Shown: positions 25,768 to 35,929 of the stretch, piece by piece
How the letters are laid out: the number at the start of each line of letters is the position of its first letter
Numbering within the stretch: the stretch's first letter is position 1
From: a virus
Taxonomy: Duplodnaviria > Caudoviricetes
Reading direction: 5' to 3' (one strand)
DNA length: 47,504 nucleotides
IMG/VR virus record: IMGVR_UViG_3300044983_000169
Coordinates: 1 to 47,504 of that record
The notes under the pieces: model-generated
What the model was told of the DNA's origin: nothing
The model's database searches: none
What the model saw: the letters and a program-made list of their open reading frames with translations, nothing else
Program-made: the position numbers and the translations under genes

Positions 25768-26682
25768 CTACATGCTGTGGGTGATGGTGCCGGTCGCCAG
25801 GTCCATGGTGGTGACGCGCAGTCCGCCCGGTCCGCCCCACGCCCTCGTGCCATGCCTGCGGTAGTGGACCTGCCACGCGCCCTCGGTCATCGACACGTAG
25901 ACGCTGGTCGACTGGATTTGCGCAGACTGGTCGCGGCTTTCCCCGTTCAGGGAAAGCATCGATGAAATGTCACAGATGACGGGTAGGGTTCGCCCTCCGA
26001 TCGGGAGCAGCTGCGTCATATCGGCGCTGTCCAGGTCGATATGCATGTGGCCGCACAGGATCCCGGCGATATTCGGGTGCGCGGCGACGAGCGCGTCCAG
26101 CTTGCCGGGCGGCTCCAGATAGTTCGCGGTGCTCGTGGTGAGCTCCCACGGCGGGTAGTGCTCGGCCAAGATGATCGGTCCAGAGGCCGAGGTGCACACG
26201 CTATCCACCCAATCCCAGGTGGCGTCAGGGACGACCCAGGCCGCGCCGGTGCCCTGGTTTGAGTCGACACAGAAGGTGACGAACCGCCAGCCCTTCACGT
26301 CCACGTAGGTGTTGCCTGGCCTGCCGTAGGCCGCTTCCCACGCGGTCCGGGAGTAGCTGGGCGCCCGGTCCCGCAGGTCGTGGTTGCCGACCGCCCACAG
26401 CGACGGCGCGCCCTTCGCGGCCGAGGTCAGCCACGGGATCGCGTACGCGTCCTCGCCCGCGATCGTCACGCCGACGTTGGCGTTGTACGTGCCATCGATC
26501 AGATCGCCCGTGTGGACGAACAGGTCGACGGGCGGGATCAGGCCGTGCTGCAGGTCCCGCTGCATATGGTCGCCCTCGCCGTACGACCAGGACCGGTACC
26601 CGAAGTGGGTATCCGAGACGTGGTGGACCAGCAGGCCGTCGGCGGGCGGCTCCGGGATCGGCCACGGCCTGGACGTGGTCAC
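25768..26682 (-). CDS. Calcineurin-like metallophosphoesterase (CpdA/Icc-like)
   Basis: All five motifs: SDTH, GDLID, GNHD, HYPP, GHMH. Confidence 0.85.
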   Translation of the reverse strand: MTTSRPWPIPEPPADGLLVHHVSDTHFGYRSWSYGEGDHMQRDLQHGLIPPVDLFVHTGDLIDGTYNANVGVTIAGEDAYAIPWLTSAAKGAPSLWAVGNHDLRDRAPSYSRTAWEAAYGRPGNTYVDVKGWRFVTFCVDSNQGTGAAWVVPDATWDWVDSVCTSASGPIILAEHYPPWELTTSTANYLEPPGKLDALVAAHPNIAGILCGHMHIDLDSADMTQLLPIGGRTLPVICDISSMLSLNGESRDQSAQIQSTSVYVSMTEGAWQVHYRRHGTRAWGGPGGLRVTTMDLATGTITHSM

Positions 26683-27167
26683 AGCTCGCACACCCGCAGC
26701 GTCGCCAGCATCGGGAACCGCAGCGCCGCGGGCGACCCGACCGGCGACCAGGTGCACGCCAGGATCTGGCCCGCCGCCAGATCCGACGGCTGCCACGCCG
26801 CCGCGTCGAACGTCCACGGCGTCCGGGCGGCGATCGGCCCGTTCGCGTTCGGACCGGTGTTCTGCGTCGTCCGGAGAGCGAGATCGGGCCAGGTGGCGCT
26901 CGGCCCGATCTCCAGGCCGGCCTGCCAGTAGCTGGTGTCCGAGGCGTCGATGCTGAAGTACTCGAACGCGAACGCCACCGACAGGACCCGGCACGGCACC
27001 GGCGCGATGAACAGGCACTGCCGGAACGACGAGGTCATGGTGCGGACGATGGCGCTGCCGACCGTCCACGTCTGGAACGCGACCGACTGGGTCAGGCCCT
27101 CCAAAGTCGGGACCTGCGTCTTCAAGGTCTGCAGGTCGGCGTCGACATCGTCGATCGTGCGGGTCAT
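26679..27167 (-). CDS. Minor tail protein
   Basis: Short coiled coil then beta-rich domain; coupled within tail operon. Confidence 0.55.
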   Translation of the reverse strand: MTRTIDDVDADLQTLKTQVPTLEGLTQSVAFQTWTVGSAIVRTMTSSFRQCLFIAPVPCRVLSVAFAFEYFSIDASDTSYWQAGLEIGPSATWPDLALRTTQNTGPNANGPIAARTPWTFDAAAWQPSDLAAGQILACTWSPVGSPAALRFPMLATLRVCEL

Positions 27168-28285
27168 CGTCTCTCCAGGTTGGTCAGGCGCCGGGCCGTC
27201 TCCCGAGGCACACGCCGGTAGTCCAGGCGCGGCCCGCCGGTCGTCACCTCGACCAGCGTCGCGTCACCGGTCGGATCGTCGTCGTTGAGCGTGAACGCCA
27301 GTTCATGGACGCGCTGCACGGTGTCGACCGCGAGACGGCCGGACATGATGACGACCCGCACCGGGTCGCCGAGCCAGATGTGGCCGGGGCCTTCCCAGGC
27401 GCCCTGCTTGAGGGTGAGCGTGTAGGTGGGGGTGATCGTCTCGGCCTGCGCCAGCTGCCAGTCGGCCCGGTTGTTCAGCGCGGTCTGGTCGAGCAGCGTC
27501 GTGTCGCCGTAGACGGCGTCCCAGCGGCCCTCCGGCCTGGTCGCCAGGTCGGAGGCCTCCACCTCGCGGCCGGCGAGCGCGTCCGCGCCGGTCTCCCTGA
27601 TCGCGTTGGCGAAGGTAGAGGAGTCGACGACGCGGGCGAACTTGGCGACCAGGCCGCCGTACTCCAGGACCACGCCGCGGTCGACGCCGCGCTGCGGATA
27701 CCAGATGTCCAGGTGCAGGGCGGCGGCGTCGGCGGGGGTGATATCCCAGTCGAAGCCGGTCGGCATCTGCGCCAGGTCGTTGATCTTCTCGCCGATGGAG
27801 TCGCCCGCCGCGTAGGTGATGGCGGTGGCGTTGACGCCGGTCGGGTTGCCGATGCCCTTGACGATGCCCATGTCGCCGCCGGTGCGGGTCTGCGTCTGCT
27901 GGATCAGCAGCCGCGCCACCTCCGCCTGATCCACCGCGGCGCCGTAGGAGAGGCTGCTGGTGGAGTAGAGGCGGCGGCGCATCAGCACGCCCCGGTAGTC
28001 CAGCGAGGTCACGTTGACCGTGTGGGAGTCCTCGTCGCCGCTGTCCCCCGACGTCCCGGCCCGGCCCCGGTAGAGCCGCCACACCGTGCCGGAGTCCTGC
28101 CAGAGGACGTGCAGGTCAGTGGAGAGTTCCTCGATCGTCGCCGCTTCGGCGAGACGGGCGTTGATCGAGAACGACAGGTCGCTGGGGTCGGTGAGGCGGG
28201 CGGTGAATTTGCGGCCGCGTCCATGGGACAGCTCGGCGCTGTACCCGCCTGCCGCGGGGCCGGACAGGATGCTCCACCGGCCCAT
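27164..28285 (-). CDS. Minor tail / baseplate hub protein (ReqiPepy6 gp37-like)
   Basis: Size, position, GFDW and LGD.VRV motifs, LTNLERR end. Confidence 0.7.
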   Translation of the reverse strand: MGRWSILSGPAAGGYSAELSHGRGRKFTARLTDPSDLSFSINARLAEAATIEELSTDLHVLWQDSGTVWRLYRGRAGTSGDSGDEDSHTVNVTSLDYRGVLMRRRLYSTSSLSYGAAVDQAEVARLLIQQTQTRTGGDMGIVKGIGNPTGVNATAITYAAGDSIGEKINDLAQMPTGFDWDITPADAAALHLDIWYPQRGVDRGVVLEYGGLVAKFARVVDSSTFANAIRETGADALAGREVEASDLATRPEGRWDAVYGDTTLLDQTALNNRADWQLAQAETITPTYTLTLKQGAWEGPGHIWLGDPVRVVIMSGRLAVDTVQRVHELAFTLNDDDPTGDATLVEVTTGGPRLDYRRVPRETARRLTNLERR

Positions 28286-29367
28286 CAGAGGTACGGACCG
28301 ACGTATCTGATCGACAGATGGGCAGCGGTCACGTTCACCGACGACCCGCTGTTCTGGAACACCGATACCAGGAACTGGCCGGCGGTCGTACCGACCATGC
28401 CAGGGGTCACGTTGATGTCGTCGCTGCACATCGCCAGGGGGGATACGCCGGTGGTCGGGACATAGCCCGAGCCGCCGACGATCTCAGCACCCGAGTTGTC
28501 CAGGATGCGCGCCTGGTAGTACCCCGACGTGCCGGACGCCCAATGCGTGACGGCCGTGGCCCGATACAGGCCCGGGATGGTGGGCTGCAACATCGTCGTC
28601 CCGGACAGCAGCGACGGGCTGGTGTTGTAGTCGGCCGTAGCCAGTGTCAGCGTCGTGTTGCTGCCGCTGGTGATGAGCTGGTTGGTGCTACGGGAGATTC
28701 GCGCCTTCGGCAGCACGCCGCGGGTCTGGGCCCATTGGGCCGGGCCGGGGCTGGCGTCCAGCCACATCTCGTAGTAGCCGACGTCCGACCGCCAGATCTC
28801 CTCACCGTCGGCAGGGTTCGGCGGCCGTCCCGCGGCGGAGGCGATGCTCTGCGGAATCGAGCCAGCTACCAGAGCAGAGACCCGATCGTCGGTGATGTTG
28901 GCGTTCACGACCGTCACCTGGCCGGCCGCGACGGTGACCCGGCCCAAGTTGATCGCCGAGGCGGGCAGCGCCGGCGTACCCGACCCGGTGTCGGCCAGCA
29001 GCTCGATCGTCCATTCGTAAGTGGTCCACGAGCCAGAGTGGAGCTTGTCCTTGATGCGGGCCACGACCCTGTGAACCCGGGTGCCGGAGGCCGGCGCGGC
29101 TGGCACGGTGACGTTGGTGACCGCGTCCGACACGCACATGTACTTGCCCTGGCCGGCCACGTCGTCGCCGACGATGACGCAGGAGCCCGCGGCCACGTCC
29201 ACGGACATGTTCGCGCCGGCGCCACGCTGCGTCACCTGCAGGCCGAGCCGGACGACGCCCTCGTTCACCCACATGAGGTCATGGCCTTGGCGGGTCGCGA
29301 TCGCCGCGTAGGAGAACGGCGTGTCGCCTCCGGCGGCCTGCATCTCCAGCGGCCGTTGCAGCGTCAT
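28285..29367 (-). CDS. Minor tail protein, candidate receptor-binding protein
   Basis: GANMSVDVAAG...ANITDDR N-terminal tail module and beta-sandwich-like C-terminus. Confidence 0.7.
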   Translation of the reverse strand: MTLQRPLEMQAAGGDTPFSYAAIATRQGHDLMWVNEGVVRLGLQVTQRGAGANMSVDVAAGSCVIVGDDVAGQGKYMCVSDAVTNVTVPAAPASGTRVHRVVARIKDKLHSGSWTTYEWTIELLADTGSGTPALPASAINLGRVTVAAGQVTVVNANITDDRVSALVAGSIPQSIASAAGRPPNPADGEEIWRSDVGYYEMWLDASPGPAQWAQTRGVLPKARISRSTNQLITSGSNTTLTLATADYNTSPSLLSGTTMLQPTIPGLYRATAVTHWASGTSGYYQARILDNSGAEIVGGSGYVPTTGVSPLAMCSDDINVTPGMVGTTAGQFLVSVFQNSGSSVNVTAAHLSIRYVGPYL

Positions 29368-29395
29368 GAGCGGCCTCCTGGAGCCGGATAGGGGG

Positions 29396-30253
29396 TCATA
29401 GCCATGCGGGCCGGTAGTCGATGACGACCTGCGCGCCGGTCGACACCGACGCGGCGGAGAAACGGACCTCCTGGTCGCCCGGCGCGAGCCGCCACCACGT
29501 CGAGGCGGCGAAGTCGAGATAGCCGAGCCGGGACGCGTCCGGTAGCGATTCGGCGTTCGCCGTGTGCTCCCGGGTGTCGATCTCCACATAGTCACCGCCG
29601 CCGAGCACCAGATCCGAGGTGAAGGTGATCGCCTCGCCCGTGGTGACGTTAAGCAAGCTCGGCCCGGAGCACGGCCCGTACAGCCGGGCGACGAAGTAGG
29701 CCGCGACCGTGCCCACGTTGGTGACGACCTGGGAGCCCGCCGCCGCCGTCGCCGCATACGAGATCGGCCAGGTGACCGGCCACGCCAAGCCGGCGCCGTC
29801 GGAGATGTCGGCGAGGATCGTCACGGCGGTGTCGCCGGTCGCGTCCTCCCAAATCCCGTCCGGCGCCTTCCACTGCGCTTGGATGTGGCGGACGGTCGGC
29901 GGCATGTCCGCGCTGCGTGCCGTCGAGGCCTGAATAGAACGCAGCCGGAGCCGCCGTTCCTGCCCCCACTCGTCGTCCACCACGTACAGGTAGGGGCGTG
30001 AGGACGGGCTCAGGTACCCGGCCAGCTCATCCTCGAACGCGCCAGGCGTCTGCACGGCCAGCAGGTCCAGGGACACGGCCCGGGACCCGAACAGCGCCGT
30101 CGAGTCGATCTCCCCGTCGGTGCCGGGCCGGTCCTCGACCACTTCCCGCACGGCCGGGAATCCGGCGTCCAGGCCCTGCACCTTCAGCCCGTCGCGCGGC
30201 AGCAGGATCATCTCGCTGGCCCCGTCGACCAGGCGGATACTCGTGACCGCCAT
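29396..30253 (-). CDS. Distal tail protein (Dit)
   Basis: Immediately after TMP; WPVTWP, NVGT, WWRLAPG, YRPAWL. Confidence 0.8.
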   Translation of the reverse strand: MAVTSIRLVDGASEMILLPRDGLKVQGLDAGFPAVREVVEDRPGTDGEIDSTALFGSRAVSLDLLAVQTPGAFEDELAGYLSPSSRPYLYVVDDEWGQERRLRLRSIQASTARSADMPPTVRHIQAQWKAPDGIWEDATGDTAVTILADISDGAGLAWPVTWPISYAATAAAGSQVVTNVGTVAAYFVARLYGPCSGPSLLNVTTGEAITFTSDLVLGGGDYVEIDTREHTANAESLPDASRLGYLDFAASTWWRLAPGDQEVRFSAASVSTGAQVVIDYRPAWL

Positions 30254-33200
30254 CAGTTCCCGCCGAACGAAGCGGTGCGAGCCTGCCAGTCGAGCTGCTG
30301 TGCGAGGACGGCCACGTCGACCTTCTCGGCGAGCTGGACGGTCGCGCCCGGAAGGATGTTGTTGGTCTTGTGCACGGTCGTAGGCGCGGCCGCCGCCTGC
30401 CGGCCACCGGTCAGATAGACGTCGCCGAGGCGGGCGCCGGCCTGGATCGCGCGCAGCACCGGCAGGTTCGCCGGGACGTTCTTCGCCGGCGTCACCCACT
30501 CCCCGGCGGTCGCCCAGATCGGCACCTTGTCGACACCGCCCGGGCCGAACACCATGCCGCCGCCCGCGAACCCGTAGGTCTTCATGTCGGCCAGCAGCGC
30601 CTTCCCGGCCGCGGTCTTGGCCAGATCCGCCTGCATGCCGCGCAGCACCGTCGCCAGGGTGGTCGCGTCCAGGCCCGTCGCGGTCTGCAACGCCGCGAAC
30701 GTGGTGTACTTTCCGGTCTTCAACGCGTTCGACACGGTGAAGGTGCTGCCGAGGTTGGCAAGCTGGCTCGCCTGGTTCTGCGCAGTGGTGATCTGCTTCT
30801 GCAGGTTGCCGAGCTTGGAGTTGCTGAACTTCACGGCGTCGGCGGCGATTTTCTCGGCGTCGGCGCCGCCCATCGCCAGCAGCTGCTGCGCGAGGATCCC
30901 GTACCCGCGCGCGTTCAGTGTCGTCAGGTTGCGGATGAACGCTCCGGTGTCCCGGATGTTCATGCCGAGCGCGTTGCCCAGGTTCGTCGCCGGGGACGCC
31001 TGACCGGCCCGGAACCGCTGCTCGGTGTCGGCGAGCTTGCGGGTCGCCGCCGCCAGATCCTCCCGGTCCTGCTTGACGTGCCGCTCATCCTCGCGGATCT
31101 TCGCCCAGTCCTTGTGATGCGCCCGGCGGGCCCGGGCCAGCGCGTCCTCGGCGTCCTTCAGCTTCCGGACAGCGGCCGTGTGCGCCTTGGTCGCCGAGGT
31201 GACGTCGGCCTTGCTAGCGGGGTTCAGGGAGGTCGTGTAGCTCGACAGGATGCCGGACAGGTCCAGGGTGTCCGAGCCGCCAGAGGCGTAGGACACGATG
31301 CCGCCGTTGGCCAGCCGCGTCACGTTCAAGCCGAACGCCCGAGCGACCGTCGACAAGATCCGCGTCGACTGGGGCCGCTTGGAAGGGCTGAGCGGGATGT
31401 AGGCCTCCCCGCCCGTCTCCGGCTCCGCCCACAACCGGATCTGGCTGGCGTCGGCGATCTGCGCCACATGCGACTCACGCCGCGGCGCGCCGCCCGCGAT
31501 CTGCAGCAGCTTCGCCAGCGCCGCCTGCGACACCGACACGCGCCCGCGGGTGAAGTCGTCGCCGAGCGAGGTCACCTGCCCGCCAGAGGCGAACTTCGGC
31601 CAGTGCCAGTTGCTGGAGGTGCGCTGGACCTCCTCCACGAACGCGCCCGTGTGAGGGGCCTGGATCACGTAGCCGGGGCGGTTGCTGCCGAGCATGACGT
31701 GGTGGATCGGGTTGCCGACGAAACCGAGGGCGCCCGGGCGGGGGCCGGAGATCGGCGTCGACCCGGCGGCCTGCGGGCCGGTCGACCCGCCGATGTCGAT
31801 GCCCTTGCCCTTGAACCACGCGTACTCGGTCAGGCCTGAGCAGTCGAATCCGTATGTGCCGGCGCCGCGGCCGATGCCGTAGGAGGGGCCGCCCGTGCCG
31901 CCGCCGCCCCACGAGTAAGGAAGGCCGATCTGGCTGCGGGCCGCGGCGACCACCGGGCCGCCGGAGCCGGCGAACTCCTTCCACGCCTTGGCCATCGCGT
32001 TGGCGACGGCGTTCATCAGGGACGCCATGCCCGCCTGGATCGGGTGCGTCACCTGGTCGACCACCGCCGCGTCACTGCGGGTGTCGTGGGTGAAGTCGAC
32101 GCGGCCGCCGGAGGCGTAGCCCTTCAGCTTTCCCGCCTTGGCCATGCGCCGCATCCGGTACATGGCGCCGTGGCCGCCGACCGCGTCGACCTCCTCCGGC
32201 GTCCATACGTGCTCGTCCACGCGCAGCACCGCGGGCTGTGAGTCGTAGGCGCGGCTGGCGCCCGACCACAGCGCGGGCACCGCACCGCCCTCGGCGTGGA
32301 AGGTCGCGTTCGGCAGGTTCTGGCCGGCCTTGGCGTTCCAGTTGCCGGTCGCGTCGATGGTGATGTTCGCGGTCCGCGAGTGGATCTGTTGCAGCTTGTT
32401 CCACAGATCCTGGGCGCGGCCGGTGGCGATCCCCATGGCCCTGGCCTGCGCCAGGAACGCGTCATGGGAGATGTTCGTCGCACCGACGACGTTGTGGGTC
32501 GAGCGGGCCAGCGCGTCGACCTGCTCCCGCGCCGACTTGTTGTTGCCGGCCAGCGCATAGAGCAGGGGCAGCTGCCGCTTCACCGCGCCGCTGGCGGCTT
32601 CGACGCTCTTGGTTTGGTTGAACGTGGCGGTGTAGAGGGTCGCGACCGTGTTGAGCTGGTCGGCGAACGCGCTCTGCAACTGGCGGGATGCGGCCGTGTT
32701 CCCGGACATGTCGCCCCGGGCCGCCTTCAGCAGCGGGCCGAGCGAGGCGAAGCCGTCCTTCAGCTGGATCGTCGCCTTGTACGCGGCGATCGACGGCGTG
32801 AAGTAGGCGTCCAGGGCGGCCTGCAGCGCGGTGACTCTGTCCTTCATCAGCAGCGCGCTGTTGCCTGCTGCGTCGAAGTCCAACTTCAAGCTCTCGGTTG
32901 GGTTCTTGGCCAGGCGCACGGCCGCCGAGTACTGCTCGATCTTCGCGGCGGCCTCGTTGGTCAGCTTCCCCGACTTGTCGACGCTGGTAGCCAGGTTCAC
33001 CCCGGCGGCGTCAGCCAGCTCGATCGCCTGGCTGGAGGTGACGCCCATCCGCTGCCCGAGCTGCTGGGCCCCGTTGGTGATGTTCTTGATCGCGACAGTG
33101 GTGTCCGACAGCTTCGAACGGAGCACCTGCTGCTGCTGGGCGTGGATCACCGCCTCCCGCCCCGCTGCGGCGTTCGCACCGGCCAGCTTCCCGCTCGACC

Positions 33201-34356
33201 CGCCGACCTGCACCTGCGCCGCGTTCGTCTCGGCGAGCGACTTGTTCAGCTGCTGCGTCAGTTCCTGCGCCAGCTCACGGTATCCGGCGACGTTGTTGCC
33301 AACGGCGTGCGTCGAGATGACCAGCGAGTCGATCAGCTTGTCCGTGCTCGTCTTCGCCGAGAATGCCTTCAGCGCGAAGAACGCCAGCGCCGTGCCGGCG
33401 GCGACGTACAGCGCCGGCCCGGCGCCCGTGACGGCGTTGAGTGAACGGCCAGCCTTGGACAGGAAGCCGGCCGAGTTGCCGGCCTTCGACAGCTTCTCGC
33501 CCAGGTTGCCGAGCGAGGCGACGGCCCCGGTGATCGGGGCGCGTATCGCCAGACCGGTGATGGCCAGCTGCGCCAGCTCGGGGTTGCTCTTGGCCAGCGC
33601 GTTGACCAGCGACAGGCCGCCGTTCGCGGCCTGGAGGAAGGTGAGGCCGAGTGGGGCGACCTGCTGGACCAGGGTGGTCGCCAGCGTCGTCGTCTGCGTC
33701 GCCGTGGTGCCGAGGGTGTGCAGCGCCTGCGGGGCCGTGTCGCCCGCCCACGCGATGAACTGGGCGGCGTCCCGGCCCTGCAGGAAGTGATTAATCTGGC
33801 CGGTGAAGTCCTGGATGCCGAACGTCGACTTGGCGACCACGCTGCTCAGCTGCGGCATCAAGCCCTTGGCCGTCAGCACCACGCTGTTGAACGCGGCCAG
33901 CGCCTGCGGCTCGTAGGCCTTGGCGAGGTTCTGGTAGTCGGTGACCAGGCCTTGCACCAGGATCGAACTGGTCTTCTGCCGGGCGTCCAAGCCGGCGTAC
34001 TGGTTGACCAGGTCCGTCTGCGCCTTGACGACCTTCAGGATCGACGGCGCGGCCACCGCCGAGAACAGCACGAACGCCGCGCCCGCCCCCGCGACCGCCG
34101 AGCCGGCCGCGAGACCGGCCGACACCAGCGAGACGAAACCGCCCTGCATCTGCTTGGTGGCCCGGTCCGCGGTGGCGGCCTGCCTCTCCTGCGTCGCCGA
34201 GGTCTTCTTGACCTGCGCCTCGTACGTCGCCATCTGCCGTTCGAGCTTGGCGATCTGCCGTTCCATCGCCAGCGACCGGACGACGACGTCATCGGAGGCC
34301 CGGTCGAACCCGGACGGGTCACCGTCGATGTTGACGGTCAGATCACGCTGGACCAT
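30253..34356 (-). CDS. Tape measure protein with NlpC/P60 peptidase domain
   Basis: 1367 aa Ala-rich; GLPYSWGG...FDCSGLT...HHV; repeated AxGG motifs. Confidence 0.92.
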   Translation of the reverse strand: MVQRDLTVNIDGDPSGFDRASDDVVVRSLAMERQIAKLERQMATYEAQVKKTSATQERQAATADRATKQMQGGFVSLVSAGLAAGSAVAGAGAAFVLFSAVAAPSILKVVKAQTDLVNQYAGLDARQKTSSILVQGLVTDYQNLAKAYEPQALAAFNSVVLTAKGLMPQLSSVVAKSTFGIQDFTGQINHFLQGRDAAQFIAWAGDTAPQALHTLGTTATQTTTLATTLVQQVAPLGLTFLQAANGGLSLVNALAKSNPELAQLAITGLAIRAPITGAVASLGNLGEKLSKAGNSAGFLSKAGRSLNAVTGAGPALYVAAGTALAFFALKAFSAKTSTDKLIDSLVISTHAVGNNVAGYRELAQELTQQLNKSLAETNAAQVQVGGSSGKLAGANAAAGREAVIHAQQQQVLRSKLSDTTVAIKNITNGAQQLGQRMGVTSSQAIELADAAGVNLATSVDKSGKLTNEAAAKIEQYSAAVRLAKNPTESLKLDFDAAGNSALLMKDRVTALQAALDAYFTPSIAAYKATIQLKDGFASLGPLLKAARGDMSGNTAASRQLQSAFADQLNTVATLYTATFNQTKSVEAASGAVKRQLPLLYALAGNNKSAREQVDALARSTHNVVGATNISHDAFLAQARAMGIATGRAQDLWNKLQQIHSRTANITIDATGNWNAKAGQNLPNATFHAEGGAVPALWSGASRAYDSQPAVLRVDEHVWTPEEVDAVGGHGAMYRMRRMAKAGKLKGYASGGRVDFTHDTRSDAAVVDQVTHPIQAGMASLMNAVANAMAKAWKEFAGSGGPVVAAARSQIGLPYSWGGGGTGGPSYGIGRGAGTYGFDCSGLTEYAWFKGKGIDIGGSTGPQAAGSTPISGPRPGALGFVGNPIHHVMLGSNRPGYVIQAPHTGAFVEEVQRTSSNWHWPKFASGGQVTSLGDDFTRGRVSVSQAALAKLLQIAGGAPRRESHVAQIADASQIRLWAEPETGGEAYIPLSPSKRPQSTRILSTVARAFGLNVTRLANGGIVSYASGGSDTLDLSGILSSYTTSLNPASKADVTSATKAHTAAVRKLKDAEDALARARRAHHKDWAKIREDERHVKQDREDLAAATRKLADTEQRFRAGQASPATNLGNALGMNIRDTGAFIRNLTTLNARGYGILAQQLLAMGGADAEKIAADAVKFSNSKLGNLQKQITTAQNQASQLANLGSTFTVSNALKTGKYTTFAALQTATGLDATTLATVLRGMQADLAKTAAGKALLADMKTYGFAGGGMVFGPGGVDKVPIWATAGEWVTPAKNVPANLPVLRAIQAGARLGDVYLTGGRQAAAAPTTVHKTNNILPGATVQLAEKVDVAVLAQQLDWQARTASFGGN

Positions 34357-34705
34357 CGGCGGTCACCTCCTCCTCGGGTTCGGGGGTCGGCCGGACGAGG
34401 ACGATGTGCTGGCCGAGAGCGTTGTGGCCTTCGGGGATCGCGGCCCGCCGCGCCTCGATCTGCTGGCAGCCTCGGCAGGTGGTGAGCTTGGCGAGGTAGG
34501 CGACACGGTCTCCGCCCTGCTCGGGGTCCCATTCGGCTGGCCGGGTGCCGCAGTTGCCGCACGTCTCGCCCTGCCGGATCTCCCACCAGACCGCCTTGTC
34601 GCGGTCGTCCCGCGACCAGGACAGGAACTCGCTGTGGCTGATCTGGTAGGCCCTGGCGACCTTCATCTCCAGGGCGAGCTGCGGGTCCCGGTCTAGTCTT
34701 TTGGG
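34343..34705 (-). CDS. Tail assembly chaperone, -1 frameshift extension
   Basis: Slippery C-CCA-AAA at 34705-34699 just before the TAC stop; -1 frame open (PKRLDRDPQLALEM...). Confidence 0.75.
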   Translation of the reverse strand, partial: PKRLDRDPQLALEMKVARAYQISHSEFLSWSRDDRDKAVWWEIRQGETCGNCGTRPAEWDPEQGGDRVAYLAKLTTCRGCQQIEARRAAIPEGHNALGQHIVLVRPTPEPEEEVTADGPA

Positions 34706-35187
34706 ATCGCCGCGCTGGGCGCTCTCACGTTGACGTGCTGCGCCGCCAGGATCAGCGTGTTCCGCTCGGCCTGCGAGCACCGCTCATCGAGGAACACCGC
34801 CCACTCCTCGGCCGACAGGTCATCGTCGGCGCAGGCGAAGAACAGGGCGCGGGGGAAGGTCTCCTCGTTCCACGCCTCGTCTTCACCCTCGCGGGCGGGA
34901 TGCTCCTCGATGAGCTTCTCGAAGTGCTCGGGCGGGAGTGCCGTCACCGTCACCTTGATGTAGCAGGCGTCCAGGGCGGCTATGGCGGCATCTAGGTCGC
35001 GGCGGGCGTCCGCGACATGCTTCGACCGCTGATTCCCCTGTTCCAGGTGGGCGGTCCGCCACGCCTCCTCGGCCAGCGCGACCTCCCGGCTCAGGCCGGT
35101 CAGGTCCGCGTCGGCGAGCGGGACGGTCAGGCTCGGCCGCTTCCGGCTGGTCAGCCGGTCCCGCAGGCTCGTCGTTGCTGCCGCCAT
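34693..35187 (-). CDS. Tail assembly chaperone
   Basis: Between major tail and TMP; ends in a slippery site. Confidence 0.8.
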   Translation of the reverse strand: MAAATTSLRDRLTSRKRPSLTVPLADADLTGLSREVALAEEAWRTAHLEQGNQRSKHVADARRDLDAAIAALDACYIKVTVTALPPEHFEKLIEEHPAREGEDEAWNEETFPRALFFACADDDLSAEEWAVFLDERCSQAERNTLILAAQHVNVRAPSAAIPKD

Positions 35188-35666
35188 TACGGGATCGTCA
35201 CGTCCTCGGCGGGCTGCGAGGTGATCGCGAAGTTGATCTGCATGTCGGACGCCTTGTTGTCGTCCAGGTTCTTCGCGACCGAGGAGACCGTGACCGGGAA
35301 GACATCCATCTTCCTGCCGGTCACATCGCCGCCCCACATGATCAAAATGAAGCCGGTCGTGGTGCGCGGCAGCAGCGACCGGGCGTCCACGTTGTTCAGC
35401 GACTGGTACATGGTCAGGCTGCTGTCCGGAGACTCCGTCCGGCCCGCCACCTTGGAGGTGAACAGGGTGCCCAGGTCGGGCGCGTCGATGAGGTTCGAGC
35501 CGACGGACCAGCCGTTGGTGGCGTTGACCTCGTTCGACAGGTCCGTACCCGCGTTGATCTCCGAGCGGGTCGGCGCGGTCTTCACCGCTACCGACGTGCA
35601 GAACACCACCCGGGTGACGTTAGGCGCGAAGAAACGCGTGGTGGGCGTGATGTTGGTGGCAGACAT
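35187..35666 (-). CDS. Major tail protein
   Basis: PTRSEINAGTDLS...GW...APDL...GR...MDVFPV; position. Confidence 0.85.
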   Translation of the reverse strand: MSATNITPTTRFFAPNVTRVVFCTSVAVKTAPTRSEINAGTDLSNEVNATNGWSVGSNLIDAPDLGTLFTSKVAGRTESPDSSLTMYQSLNNVDARSLLPRTTTGFILIMWGGDVTGRKMDVFPVTVSSVAKNLDDNKASDMQINFAITSQPAEDVTIP

Positions 35667-35920
35667 CAGTCCTTCTCCTCAGTGCTGGAACGGCGGCCCC
35701 TGGCGGCCTTGGGAGCGGTCGGCTTGGCCGCGTCACCCTGCGGCGGGGTGTCGGTCGGCTCACCGGCCGGCGGCGGCGTGCCGGCGGCCTGGGAGGCCTG
35801 ATGGGCGTCGTATTCGGCCTCGGTCAGCCAGCCGACGCTCCGCCAGTGGTCCACCGCCGATTGGGGAACCGTCGCATCGCCGATCTCGGGATTCGGGTGC
35901 TTGATCGTGACGAAGTCCAT
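35666..35920 (-). CDS. Hypothetical protein
   Basis: IKHP...VP......W...GW; small gene before major tail. Confidence 0.7.
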   Translation of the reverse strand: MDFVTIKHPNPEIGDATVPQSAVDHWRSVGWLTEAEYDAHQASQAAGTPPPAGEPTDTPPQGDAAKPTAPKAARGRRSSTEEKD

Positions 35921-35929
35921 GCCGGCCCC

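Noticed and set aside
25768-29367. Diversity-generating retroelement acting on tail genes
   Set aside because: No reverse transcriptase motifs and no template/variable repeat pair seen.
34693-34705. Programmed -1 frameshift as a novelty
   Set aside because: Likely real but standard for tail assembly chaperones; listed as a feature.
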